Origin: Bradymonadia bacterium
GTDB taxonomy: Bacteria; Myxococcota_A; Bradymonadia; UBA7976; UBA1532
Assembly: GCA_046290225.1 (NCBI GenBank)
Contig: JBKAGE010000077.1
Coordinates: 106,313 to 170,312, forward strand
Length of the DNA: 64,000 bases
Reading direction: 5' to 3'
A model generated the notes under the pieces. It was not told the origin of the DNA. It did no database searches and saw only the letters and a list, made by a program, of their open reading frames with translations. This document shows positions 17,699-27,227 of the stretch, piece by piece. The position numbers and the translations under genes are program-made. The stretch's first letter is position 1; each line of letters begins with the position of its first letter.

Positions 17699-19312
17699 TC
17701 AGACCAGGATCCCCGCGACGCAGGCGGTCATGAAGGCGGCGAGGGTGCCGCCGAACATGGCCCTGACCCCGAGCTTGGCCAAATCGGCCCGACGCCCCGG
17801 GGCGATGCTGCCGATGCCGCCGATCTGGATGGCGATGCTGCCGAAGTTGGCAAAGCCGCACAGGGCATAGGTCACGATGGTGATGCTGCGGGGGCTCAAG
17901 GCGTCGGCGCTGGTCTTGAGCATGGCGGAGAGGTCGCCATAGGCCACGAACTCGTTGAGCACCATCTTGGTGCCGAGCAGCTGGCCCACCTGCATGCAAT
18001 CCTGACCTTCGACGCCCATCACATAAGCGAAGGGGTAGAACAGGTAACCAAAGAGCCGGTTGAGGGTGAAGACCTCCCACAGGTTGTCATTGAAGTCCGG
18101 CGACGAGGCCCCAATGGCTGCTTGGAGCTTGCCCACACACCCAGCAGCATCCTTCCAGGGGATCTGGTCAGGATCACAGCTCTTCAAGAGGCCTGCGTCG
18201 ACGCTGATGTTGCTGTTGCTGATGTAGGCCAGGGCGTCTTCGAGCACGCCGCCGTGCTGGATGTACGAGGGCATGGCGAACAGGTAGTTGACCATGGCCA
18301 CGAGGGCGATGAAGGCCAACAGCATGGCACCGACGTTGAGGGCGAGCGTGAGGCCGTCACCGGCCCCCCGAGCGGCAGCGTCGATCATGTTGGTGGTATC
18401 GGCCTTGCCAGCCTTGGCGGTGCCTCCGGCAGTCTCGGGCACCTCGGTCTCGGGCACCATGAGCTTGGCGATGACCAGGGCTGCCGGCGCCGACATGATC
18501 GAAGCGGTGAGCAGGTGGCCGGCGATGTCGGGGAAGTAGGCGCTGAGCATGCCCACATAGGCAGCAAAAACACCACCCGCCACGGTGGCGAAGCCGCCCA
18601 CCATGACCGCCATCAGCTCGCTCTGGGTCATCTTGTCCACGTAGGGGCGCACGAGGAGTGGAGCCTCGGTCTGACCCACGAAGATGTTGCCCGCAGCAGA
18701 GAGCGACTCGGCGCCGCTGGTCCGCAGAGTCCGGCGCATGACCCAGGCGAGGCCACCGACGACGCGCTGCATGATGCCCAGGTGGTAGAGCACCGACATC
18801 AATGACGAGAAAAAGATGATCGTAGGCAACACCACAAAGGCCACATAGCCTTTGAAGGTCACGTCGGCGAAGAGCATCTTCGAGCCCTCGACCGTGAAGC
18901 CGATGAGGGTGTTCGCGGCGTCTTTCACCCCTGCGAAGAATGCCGCTCCGGCATCGGTCTTGAGAGCGAGCACCCCAAAGAGGAACTGCAGCCCCAGGCC
19001 GAAGATGATCACCCGCCACTCGAGCTTCTTGCGGTGGGTGCTCATGATCCAGGCGCAGCCCATCATGAAGAACAGGCCCATGAGGCTCATCAGCCTGCTG
19101 GTGATGGGCACGTCGCCGCTGGCCGCGGCAGCGGCGCCGATGGCTTCAGAGGCCGCAGCCCCACCATCGGCTGCAGCGATGCCCCCTTGCGCGAACATGA
19201 ACCCGGCGAAGGCCATGAGGCCGAAGAGAGTGGAGAGCCACATGGTCCGGAGGGTCCGCCGCCCTTGGGGCCCGAGGGGCTCGATCAGCCTGCGTCGCAT
19301 CTGAATACCCAC
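17699..19312 (-). CDS. nupC: Concentrative nucleoside transporter (NupC/CNT family)
   Basis: LPTIIFFS, GAESLSAAGNIFVGQTEAP, NEFVAY, LCGFANFGS motifs. Confidence 0.92.
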   Translation of the reverse strand: MGIQMRRRLIEPLGPQGRRTLRTMWLSTLFGLMAFAGFMFAQGGIAAADGGAAASEAIGAAAAASGDVPITSRLMSLMGLFFMMGCAWIMSTHRKKLEWRVIIFGLGLQFLFGVLALKTDAGAAFFAGVKDAANTLIGFTVEGSKMLFADVTFKGYVAFVVLPTIIFFSSLMSVLYHLGIMQRVVGGLAWVMRRTLRTSGAESLSAAGNIFVGQTEAPLLVRPYVDKMTQSELMAVMVGGFATVAGGVFAAYVGMLSAYFPDIAGHLLTASIMSAPAALVIAKLMVPETEVPETAGGTAKAGKADTTNMIDAAARGAGDGLTLALNVGAMLLAFIALVAMVNYLFAMPSYIQHGGVLEDALAYISNSNISVDAGLLKSCDPDQIPWKDAAGCVGKLQAAIGASSPDFNDNLWEVFTLNRLFGYLFYPFAYVMGVEGQDCMQVGQLLGTKMVLNEFVAYGDLSAMLKTSADALSPRSITIVTYALCGFANFGSIAIQIGGIGSIAPGRRADLAKLGVRAMFGGTLAAFMTACVAGILV

Positions 19313-19447
19313 ACACTGAGGTGAATGTCCGGGTGAACCTAGACCACGGGCCAGGTGTGCGCAATGGCCTCACACTGCGGGGCAACCCCGTGGTCGCGCG
19401 CCCGAGAATGATGTATGGCTGCGCAACTCCAACATCGAGGTGTAGTG

Positions 19448-19801
19448 ATGGCGACATATGCGTGCAGTGAGTGCGGCGTCCGTCAGGAGGGCCCAGGGGA
19501 ATGCCCCGAAGGCCATGGCCCTTTGCTCGATCTCTCCGATGACGAGATCAGGGTGATGCTGGTGGAAGAAGAGGATCGACAGGCGATGCGCCGCACGCAG
19601 AAGATGGTCGCCGTGGCCATGCCCCTCGGCCTGGGCACCCTCTGGATGCTGGAGTACATCCCCGGCTTCACCAAGATCGTGAACTTCGTGCCCTTCGTGC
19701 CCTTCGCGGGCCTCATCATCTGGGCCATCTGTCTCACGGCACTGTGGCTGTTCATCCTGGGCAAGGCCTTCCCATTCAAGCGCCACTTCGCCGATCTCTG
19801 A
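19448..19801 (+). CDS. Small membrane protein with N-terminal zinc-ribbon-like motif
   Basis: GAGG RBS; CSEC...CPEGH plus two hydrophobic helices. Confidence 0.6.
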   Translation: MATYACSECGVRQEGPGECPEGHGPLLDLSDDEIRVMLVEEEDRQAMRRTQKMVAVAMPLGLGTLWMLEYIPGFTKIVNFVPFVPFAGLIIWAICLTALWLFILGKAFPFKRHFADL

Positions 19802-19909
19802 AGCCGCGAGGCCCCTCCCCCTGCCGAGCGCAGGTGAAAACGACAAACCCTTTCATGTACCCATTTGGAACGTGTACGGTCATTGCCGTCTCTGGAGGGA
19901 GCCAAAACC

Positions 19910-20311
19910 ATGCGCCATGTGTGCTGCGTGCTGCTGATTGCGTTGTTGATGTGGGGGTGTGATCCCGACAGTGACGCCGACGACGGGGGCGTGGCAGGTG
20001 CCGGTGGCGCTGGTGCAGCAGGTGGCGCCGCGGGGGGTGGCGGCTCGGCGGACGCCGATGTCTCCTCTGATGCCGAGGTACAGCCTGACGCCATGGTCGA
20101 CGCTGACGCCGGTTTGGAGCCAGACGCCGCACGTGTACCTGATGCCGAGGTGCAGCCTGATGCAGAGGGCCTGCCCGACGCGGGTCCTCCAGGTACACCG
20201 CGCCTCGTGCGCAGCCGCATGACCTGGAGTTCGGGCCCTGCAGGCCGTGGGACCCAGGTCATGCGCTTCGAAGGTGACGGCATTCACGTCAAAGGGAGGT
20301 TGGGCCGATGA
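19910..20311 (+). CDS. Low-complexity lipoprotein
   Basis: GGAGG RBS, lipobox LMWGC, Gly and PDA repeats; stop overlaps the next start. Confidence 0.6.
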   Translation: MRHVCCVLLIALLMWGCDPDSDADDGGVAGAGGAGAAGGAAGGGGSADADVSSDAEVQPDAMVDADAGLEPDAARVPDAEVQPDAEGLPDAGPPGTPRLVRSRMTWSSGPAGRGTQVMRFEGDGIHVKGRLGR

Positions 20312-21870
20312 GGCTGCACACCGTCGCGCGGCTCGCTGCGCTGCTGGCCACACTGTTGACCGCGCTGTCGCTGGGGGCCGGGTCTGTCTATGCCCAGCCC
20401 GTGCTCACCTTCGAAGGCACGCTCGCCGACGACGAGGGTGATCCCATCCCCGGCCCGGTGACGCTGAGCTTCGCCTTCTATGACACCGACGAGGGGGGCG
20501 ATCCCCTCTGGGAAGAGACCTGGCCCGACACCGAGGTGGTCGATGGCGAATTCGTTGTCGAGCTTGGGGCCATCACCCCCTTCCCCGACGGCATCTTCGT
20601 GCAACCGTCCTTGTACCTCGGCCTCACCATCGACGACGGTGAGGAGTTGAGCCCCCGTCAGGCGGTGAACCCCGTACCCCGCGCCATCGTGGCCCGAGAA
20701 GCCCTCGACGTCACCGGCCGCGACATCCACCCCAACACGGTGAGCATCGGCGACACCACGGTCATCGACGAGAACGGCCAGTGGGTGGGTGATCCCACCG
20801 GGCTCGCTGGACCGCAGGGTGAGCAGGGCCCCGCCGGTGAGCAGGGCCCTCAGGGCCTGCAAGGCGAGCAAGGGCCTCAGGGCGATCAGGGCCCTCAAGG
20901 CATCCAAGGCCAGCAGGGCCTGCAAGGCGATCAAGGCCCACAGGGTGACCAGGGGCCTCAAGGCGATCAGGGCATTCAGGGCCCTCAAGGCATCCAGGGC
21001 CCCCAGGGACCTCAGGGACCTGCCGGCGCTTCTGGGATCGATGCCATGTACGGCAACGGCTCTGGTGGAGATCTGGTCATCGACGGTGACGTGATTTGGG
21101 ATGACAACCTCGCCCCCAACGGCGACGCCTTCGAGACCATCGTGATCCCCCAGGGCAGCCGCCTCATCGTCCCCTCGGGCATGGTCCTCCGCGCGCGGAC
21201 CTCCATCGACATCTCCGGTGAGCTGGTGACCTTCTCCAACAACGGCCGCGCGGGCAGCCCCGCAGCCCAGGGGCAGTCCAGCCGGGCGGCACTGGGCAAC
21301 ACCGGTGGCAGCGCCGCAGGTGCCTGGAACGGTCTCTCCGTCACTCACCTTGCCGGAGGCGCCGGCGCAGGCAAGGGCGCCAGCGCCGGCGGTGACAGCG
21401 GCGGCGCCGTGGGCCTGCTCAGCGGTGGCAACATCACCATCAGCGGCAGCATCCAAGCCCCCGGCAACAACGGCCGCTCCACGGCGAACAGCGCCGGCGG
21501 CGGCGGTGGCTCTGGTGGTCTCGTGTGGCTCGGGGCCCGAGGCTCCATCAGCGTGCCTGGCGGTATCACCGTCATCGGCGGCAACGGTGGCGCCGCACAG
21601 GGCGGCAACCGCAGCGGTGGTGGTGGCGGAGGCGGCGGCTACATCATCGCGCTCAGCGGCGAGGGCGCAGATCTCGGCGACAACATCATCCTCACTGGCG
21701 GAAGCGGCGGTGCCAGTGTCGGCAATGGCCGCGCCCCTGGCGGTGGTGGTGGAGCCCTCGGTGGCGACGGTGGCAACGGTGGCACCTCCAACGCCGCAGC
21801 CGCAGCCGGCAACGACGGCATCGTGATCAACCTGCTCGACCCCGAGCCCGCCCTGCGACTGAAGCACTGA
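20308..21870 (+). CDS. Secreted collagen-like fibre protein with Gly-rich C-terminal domain
   Basis: Signal peptide, fibre-type N-domain (FEGTL..LWEE..DGEFVVELG), 27 consecutive G-X-Y triplets at 20800-21042. Confidence 0.85.
   Translation: MRLHTVARLAALLATLLTALSLGAGSVYAQPVLTFEGTLADDEGDPIPGPVTLSFAFYDTDEGGDPLWEETWPDTEVVDGEFVVELGAITPFPDGIFVQPSLYLGLTIDDGEELSPRQAVNPVPRAIVAREALDVTGRDIHPNTVSIGDTTVIDENGQWVGDPTGLAGPQGEQGPAGEQGPQGLQGEQGPQGDQGPQGIQGQQGLQGDQGPQGDQGPQGDQGIQGPQGIQGPQGPQGPAGASGIDAMYGNGSGGDLVIDGDVIWDDNLAPNGDAFETIVIPQGSRLIVPSGMVLRARTSIDISGELVTFSNNGRAGSPAAQGQSSRAALGNTGGSAAGAWNGLSVTHLAGGAGAGKGASAGGDSGGAVGLLSGGNITISGSIQAPGNNGRSTANSAGGGGGSGGLVWLGARGSISVPGGITVIGGNGGAAQGGNRSGGGGGGGGYIIALSGEGADLGDNIILTGGSGGASVGNGRAPGGGGGALGGDGGNGGTSNAAAAAGNDGIVINLLDPEPALRLKH
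20800..21042 (+). repeat. Collagen G-X-Y coding tandem repeat (9-nt period)
   Basis: GPQ/GEQ/GDQ/GIQ triplets. Confidence 0.9.
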
Positions 21871-21882
21871 GGGAGAGACCCC

Positions 21883-22407
21883 ATGTCAGAGCCCTTCATC
21901 GGCCAGATCGTCATGTTCGCTGGCAACTTCGCCCCTCGGGGCTGGGCCTTTTGTGACGGCCAGCTGCTGGCCATCAACTCCAACCAGGCCCTGTTTGCGA
22001 TCCTGGGCACCACCTACGGCGGTGACGGGCGCACGACCTTCGGCCTGCCCGACTTACGGGGGCGCTTCCCCATGCACCCGGGCAACGGGCCGGGCCTCAG
22101 CCCCAGGCAACTCGGCGCCCGCAGTGGTCAGGAGACGGTCACACTCAACGTGACCCAAATCCCCAGCCACAACCACAACGCCACCCTCGAGGTCAGCAAC
22201 ACCGCCGCAGATGATCACCAACCTGCGGGGAACTACCTCGGCGCGGCTTCAGCCGACGTCTACACCCAGACCCGCAGCGGCAATGAAAGCCTCAACAGCG
22301 GTGCCACCACGAACACGGGCGGCAACCAGCCGCACGACAACATGCCCCCCTGGCAGACCGTGAACTTCATCATCGCCCTGCAGGGCGTCTTCCCCTCGCG
22401 CAGCTGA
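21883..22407 (+). CDS. Phage tail collar domain protein (MdpB-like)
   Basis: PFIGQIVMFAGNFAPRGWAFCDGQLL...LGTTYGGDGRTTFGLPDLRGR. Confidence 0.92.
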   Translation: MSEPFIGQIVMFAGNFAPRGWAFCDGQLLAINSNQALFAILGTTYGGDGRTTFGLPDLRGRFPMHPGNGPGLSPRQLGARSGQETVTLNVTQIPSHNHNATLEVSNTAADDHQPAGNYLGAASADVYTQTRSGNESLNSGATTNTGGNQPHDNMPPWQTVNFIIALQGVFPSRS

Positions 22408-22877
22408 TGTTGATCCGCCCCCACGTCGTTGACGACGACAGCTGGCTGCTCGCGCTGAGGCAAGCGATCAAAGCCCAGGAGATCAGGCTCTGGGGGTTGC
22501 CAGAGGCAGAGGCACAGAGCCTCGCCGCCGTTCAGACGCAGGCCTGGATGCACAGCCTCGAAGGGCGACCCCACTTCATCGTCGAGATCGACGGGCTGCC
22601 TGTGGGGGCCGTCGTGCTCGAGCAGACCGCCCCTCACCGGGCGCATCTCGTGGACATCTCGGTCCACCCGGACTGGCAAGGGCAGGGGCTCGGACGACAC
22701 ATCATGGCCTGGGTGCAGCAACAGGCCTCGGAGATCGAGCTCGAGGTGATCACCCATCTCACCGGACTCGTCTCCTGGTATCAGCGTCTGGGCTTCACCG
22801 TGGTGGACGATCTCGGCCCTCACCTTCACATGCGTTGGGTTGCCCAGCCCCCGAAGGCCCTGGAGACCATGCGATGA
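22407..22877 (+). CDS. GNAT family N-acetyltransferase
   Basis: LVDISVHPDWQGQGLG and WYQRLGF. Confidence 0.85.
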   Translation: MLIRPHVVDDDSWLLALRQAIKAQEIRLWGLPEAEAQSLAAVQTQAWMHSLEGRPHFIVEIDGLPVGAVVLEQTAPHRAHLVDISVHPDWQGQGLGRHIMAWVQQQASEIELEVITHLTGLVSWYQRLGFTVVDDLGPHLHMRWVAQPPKALETMR

Positions 22878-23377
22878 GCGATCCGCTTCACAGACGCACC
22901 GTGCTCAAAGGCGCCACCGCAGCCTGCACCGCCGGGTTGCTCACCCCAACGATGGCTCAGGCCCTCGATGGCGTCGACGTCAGCGCAGCCGATGTCGCCC
23001 GAGGCGACGTGCCCATGCAGATCACCATCGAGCCGGGGCCGCTGCACGGGCTCCGCAGCGGCGGCCTCGAGATTTTGGGCCCTGCTGGGGCCACCCTCGC
23101 CTGGGCCTTCAGCGCGCCTCACTGGTCGGCGGCCGGTGTCAGCCAGCGCATCTGGGCCCACGGCGGTCGAGTGCAGCTGCGGCTCTCCGCCGACGACGGC
23201 CAGGGTGAGCAGCGCCACACGCTCTGGCTGCCGGCGCGGGTGGGGCGCACCCGCCTCTCTCTCCTGCCCAGAGCCGCCCAGCGATCCCTTCGGGGGCGCG
23301 CTGGACGCCCAGAAGGCCCTCACCTGCACATCATCCTGTCGTCAGTCACTGCGGGTGCCCTTGCACAGGGCGATTGA
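22874..23377 (+). CDS. Tat-exported hypothetical protein
   Basis: HRRTVLKG twin-arginine signal; ATGA overlap with the GNAT stop. Confidence 0.55.
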   Translation: MSDPLHRRTVLKGATAACTAGLLTPTMAQALDGVDVSAADVARGDVPMQITIEPGPLHGLRSGGLEILGPAGATLAWAFSAPHWSAAGVSQRIWAHGGRVQLRLSADDGQGEQRHTLWLPARVGRTRLSLLPRAAQRSLRGRAGRPEGPHLHIILSSVTAGALAQGD

Positions 23378-23409
23378 TTTCCGCAGCTTCCCTCCTTACC
23401 TTCCCGCAG

Positions 23410-24384
23410 ATGCCCTCTTCGGCCCCAACGCTCGCCCCTCTGCTCGACCGGCGGTTCACCGTGATCACCGGCAAGGGTGGAGTGGGCAAGAGCACCGTCA
23501 CCGCCCTCCTCGGTCAGCGCGCCGCCGCTGCGGGCCACCGCACGTTGATTTGCGAGCTGAACACCCAGGAGCGGGTGGCCCCCATGTTCGGCAGGCCGCC
23601 GAGTGGCAGCGAGATCACCGCCATCGTCCCCAACCTGTACTCGGTGAACATCGAGCCTCGGGCGGCCATGGAGGAGTACGCCCTGATGAAGCTCAAGATC
23701 AGGGCGATCTACCGGCTGGTCTTCGAAAACCCGCTGGTGCAGCGGTTCGTGCGCTTTATCCCGGGCATGAACGATCTGCTCATGCTGGGCAAAGCGTTCA
23801 ACCACGAGCGCGAGCGCACCCGCTCGGGGCGCCCGGTCTGGGATCGCATCATCATCGACGCCCCGGCCACAGGCCACGGCATCTCGCTGCTGAGGTTGCC
23901 GCGCATCATCCGTGATGCAGTCCCTGCGGGGAACATGCACAACGAGGCCGCGGCCATGTGGAATCTGGTCACAGACCCAGAGCGTACGGCGGTGCACCTC
24001 GTCTGCCTGCCCGAAGAGCTGCCGGTACAAGAGACCCGTCAACTGCACGACGCCCTCGTAGACCAACTCGGCGTGCCCATGGGGGCGCTGTTTCTGAACA
24101 TGGTGCCACCCCCCCTGCTCGATGACGGGACCCGAGTGCTCTTCGAGACGCTCTCACCGCCTGACGACGACACCGCACGCACCCTGTGGGATCTGACCAC
24201 TGTCCGGCAGAAGCGCGAGGCCCTCGCCGCGGGCTATGGCGCCCAGCTCGAATCTCTGGGCATGCCTCTGGTGCAGCTGCCCACGCAGTACAGCCCGCAG
24301 TTCGGCCCCAAAGAGCTCACCCGCCTGGGTCAGGCCCTCGACCAGCAAGCCCTCGGACAGCAGCCCGGCGAGGTGCCTGCATGA
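23410..24384 (+). CDS. ArsA/GET3-like ATPase (first of pair)
   Basis: GKGGVGKS deviant Walker A, DAPATGH. Confidence 0.88.
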   Translation: MPSSAPTLAPLLDRRFTVITGKGGVGKSTVTALLGQRAAAAGHRTLICELNTQERVAPMFGRPPSGSEITAIVPNLYSVNIEPRAAMEEYALMKLKIRAIYRLVFENPLVQRFVRFIPGMNDLLMLGKAFNHERERTRSGRPVWDRIIIDAPATGHGISLLRLPRIIRDAVPAGNMHNEAAAMWNLVTDPERTAVHLVCLPEELPVQETRQLHDALVDQLGVPMGALFLNMVPPPLLDDGTRVLFETLSPPDDDTARTLWDLTTVRQKREALAAGYGAQLESLGMPLVQLPTQYSPQFGPKELTRLGQALDQQALGQQPGEVPA

Positions 24385-25499
24385 GCGCAGCCGAGCGTCT
24401 GATCAGTGAAGGTCGCCTGCTCATCACCGCCGGCGCCGGCGGCGTGGGCAAGACCACCACGGCGGCGGCCCTCGCGGTGACCGCAGCGGCCCGCGGACGC
24501 CGCACGGCCGTGATCACCATCGATCCCGCCCGACGCCTCGCCGACGCCCTGGGGCTCGACGCCCTCACCAACGCCCCCACTCAGGTCGATCCGGCTCTCT
24601 TCGAGGCATCTGGGCTTCATGGCGCGGCGCCGTTGCACGCCTTGATGCTCGACATGAAGTCCACCAGCGACGACATGGTCCGCCGCTTCGCCCCGAGCGA
24701 CGAGCAGGCCGAGCGCATCTTCGCCAACCCGTACTATCAGTCGTTCTCCAGCGCGCTCCCGGGCACCCAGGAGTACATGGCCATCGAGCGGGTGCACGGT
24801 CTGGTGAGATCGGGCGCCTTCGATCTCGTGGTCCTCGACACCCCACCGGCGGTGCACGCGCTGGACTTCCTCGACGCCCCGGACCGCCTGCTCTCCGCCT
24901 TGGACAACAAGGCCGTGGATTGGGTGCTTCGTGGCCGCGAGGGCGGTTTGCTGGGCCGATCGGCCAACCTGATCTTCAGGGCCCTCAACAAGATGACCGG
25001 CGGGCCCTTTCTTCAAGATCTCGCCACCTTCTTGAGCACCTTCAGCGTGCTCTTCGACGCCTTCAAGGCTTCGAGCCGTGGGGTGTACGCGCTGCTTCGG
25101 GAGCCCACGAGCGCCTTCATGATGGTGACCACGCCACACCCGGGGGCCATCGAAGAGGCCGAGGCATTCCTCGAGCAGCTCGCGAGTCGCGATCTCCACT
25201 GTGGCGCTCTAGTGCTCAACCGCGTGCACGAAGATCGACCGCTCGATCCGAGCACGCTGGGTCCGGTGCGGGCGGCGATCTCAGCCCTGCCGGCTTCAGA
25301 TCAGGCCACCTTGCAGCGCCTGATGGTGCAGATGGAGGCGGGCTGGGCAGCCCACCAGCGCATGGCTCGACGCGACGCCGAGATGCTCCAGGCCCTCGAC
25401 CGGCCACACCTGCCCCCAAACATCCGCATCCCCCTGTTCGCTGAAGATGTCTATGCCCTGAGCGATCTGCACCGCATCGGTGAGTTCATGCTGGGCTGA
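24381..25499 (+). CDS. ArsA/GET3-like ATPase (second of pair)
   Basis: GAGGVGKTT, TIDPARRLA, GTQEYMA, DTPP. Confidence 0.88.
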   Translation: MSAAERLISEGRLLITAGAGGVGKTTTAAALAVTAAARGRRTAVITIDPARRLADALGLDALTNAPTQVDPALFEASGLHGAAPLHALMLDMKSTSDDMVRRFAPSDEQAERIFANPYYQSFSSALPGTQEYMAIERVHGLVRSGAFDLVVLDTPPAVHALDFLDAPDRLLSALDNKAVDWVLRGREGGLLGRSANLIFRALNKMTGGPFLQDLATFLSTFSVLFDAFKASSRGVYALLREPTSAFMMVTTPHPGAIEEAEAFLEQLASRDLHCGALVLNRVHEDRPLDPSTLGPVRAAISALPASDQATLQRLMVQMEAGWAAHQRMARRDAEMLQALDRPHLPPNIRIPLFAEDVYALSDLHRIGEFMLG

Positions 25500-25526
25500 T
25501 CCGCTTCACTCGAAGAGAGCACGCCC

Positions 25527-27218
25527 ATGATCATCCACCACCCCCACCCCTTCTGGTCCCAAGCCCTGCCGCACCGAGGGCGCCCTCAGACCTCACCCAG
25601 TCACGATCCTGCACATGTCGACGAGACGCTCCAGGCGTGGATGACCCAGGTGTGCCCCGAGTGCGAGGCGACCCTGCATCAGCGCCCATCATGGCTCGAT
25701 CCCATGTCTGAGCGCTGCGAGGCGCTGATGCGCGCCGCGGTGACCTGGTGGTCCGGCCCCCGGGAAGTTCACCCGAGCCCCGAGGCCCTCGGCGGGCTCG
25801 TGGCCATCGCCACCGAGAAGTCCTGGGGTCGAGGGGTGGAGGGGAGCAACACGCTGACGCTGCGCAATGGCATCGTGCCCTGGCTCTTCGCTCACTTCAG
25901 CCCGGCCCTGATCATCGAGGCCCTGGCGACAGTGACGGGGATCAGCGCGGTGAACAAGCAAGGCCCCGAAGGCACCTTCGTGGTTCTGGTGCGAGGCCAC
26001 GAGGCGTGCAGCACGGATGCCGACGAGCGCCTGTGGCACGAAACGCGCCGAGGGCTGTCGGTGGCCACTGACGTGGCCTGGCAAGATGCTCTACAGGCCG
26101 CCGAGCGCGCCTTCACCGAAGCCACACCTCCGCTGAAGTGCTTCATCGCCCTGGCGTTTCCCGAGCACCGTCTCTTCGCCGAACAGGCCCTCGTCGCCAT
26201 CGACACCCCACAGCTGAAGGGCTGGTTTGCCCAGCTCGAGCGATACCCTCGATCCGACGAGCCCCGGCGCCATCACCTGCGGGCCCTGCTCACAGTGTGC
26301 CCTGAGGCGCGCTGGGCCCGATGGCTCGTCGGCGCCTTTCGTGGGTGGTCTCTCGACGACGTGGCCTGCCTCGGGCTCCTTGAGAGCCTGGGCGCAGATG
26401 CGGTGCCAGTGCTGCTGTACGCCGTCGATCGATATGCCACGGAGCATGGCGGCATCTCGGGGCGTGGGGTCCTGATGGCCTTGCAAGTGGTGGAGGACGC
26501 CGACACCCTCGTCCACCTGCTGCCGCTGCTCGCCCACCGTATTTCCAGCGCCAATGACATGTCGGCGAAGCAGATCAAAGAGTACGTCCGGCTCTTGATT
26601 CAGCGCTACCCGGAGACCGCTCGCGCCGCCTTCTCCGCCTTGAACACGCCCCTCGCCCAGCAGGCCCTGGGGCTGGTGGGGCGCTGGCCTCCCCTCGGTG
26701 ACGACACGGTCTCTGTAGAGGTCCTGCCCCCAATGCCACAGGGGAAAAAGCAGCCCAAGCCACCCCGGTTCGTCGTCTTGCCAGCATTGAGCCGGCCACG
26801 CACGGCCACAGGTGCGGCCCTCGACGATCCAGGCCTCACCCATTTGCTGGCTCTTGCTCGGGTATGTCCGGAGGGCAGCGCCGAGCTCGACGCGGTGTGC
26901 TCAGCCTTCACCGCCGACAGCCTCGCCGACTTCGCCTGGTCGCTTTATTTGCAGTGGACCATTCACAGCGGCGCCGCCAGCACCCGCTGGATGCCTCGAG
27001 CGCTCGTCTGGACCGCCACCGTCACCACCCTCGACCGGCTTGAGGGGGCCATCGAGAGCTGGCAAAAAAGCTCGGCGCTCAAGCTGCTTGAGCTGGCCTT
27101 GGACGTCTGTGTCGCGGTGGGCGGAGAAGCAGGGCGGGTGCAGATCGAAGCCATCATCGACGGCTCGAATCACAAGAAGGTGATCAAACTGGGGCAGGCG
27201 CGCCTCGCGGCGCTGTGA
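25527..27218 (+). CDS. Hypothetical helical protein (possibly related to regions preceding DUF4132 domains)
   Basis: 563-aa ORF with normal codon bias; SLADFAWSLYLQW segment. Confidence 0.55.
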   Translation: MIIHHPHPFWSQALPHRGRPQTSPSHDPAHVDETLQAWMTQVCPECEATLHQRPSWLDPMSERCEALMRAAVTWWSGPREVHPSPEALGGLVAIATEKSWGRGVEGSNTLTLRNGIVPWLFAHFSPALIIEALATVTGISAVNKQGPEGTFVVLVRGHEACSTDADERLWHETRRGLSVATDVAWQDALQAAERAFTEATPPLKCFIALAFPEHRLFAEQALVAIDTPQLKGWFAQLERYPRSDEPRRHHLRALLTVCPEARWARWLVGAFRGWSLDDVACLGLLESLGADAVPVLLYAVDRYATEHGGISGRGVLMALQVVEDADTLVHLLPLLAHRISSANDMSAKQIKEYVRLLIQRYPETARAAFSALNTPLAQQALGLVGRWPPLGDDTVSVEVLPPMPQGKKQPKPPRFVVLPALSRPRTATGAALDDPGLTHLLALARVCPEGSAELDAVCSAFTADSLADFAWSLYLQWTIHSGAASTRWMPRALVWTATVTTLDRLEGAIESWQKSSALKLLELALDVCVAVGGEAGRVQIEAIIDGSNHKKVIKLGQARLAAL

Positions 27219-27227
27219 GGTGGCTGA

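Noticed and set aside
21883..22407. Prophage
   Set aside because: Only a tail-collar domain is present; no capsid, terminase, portal or integrase genes
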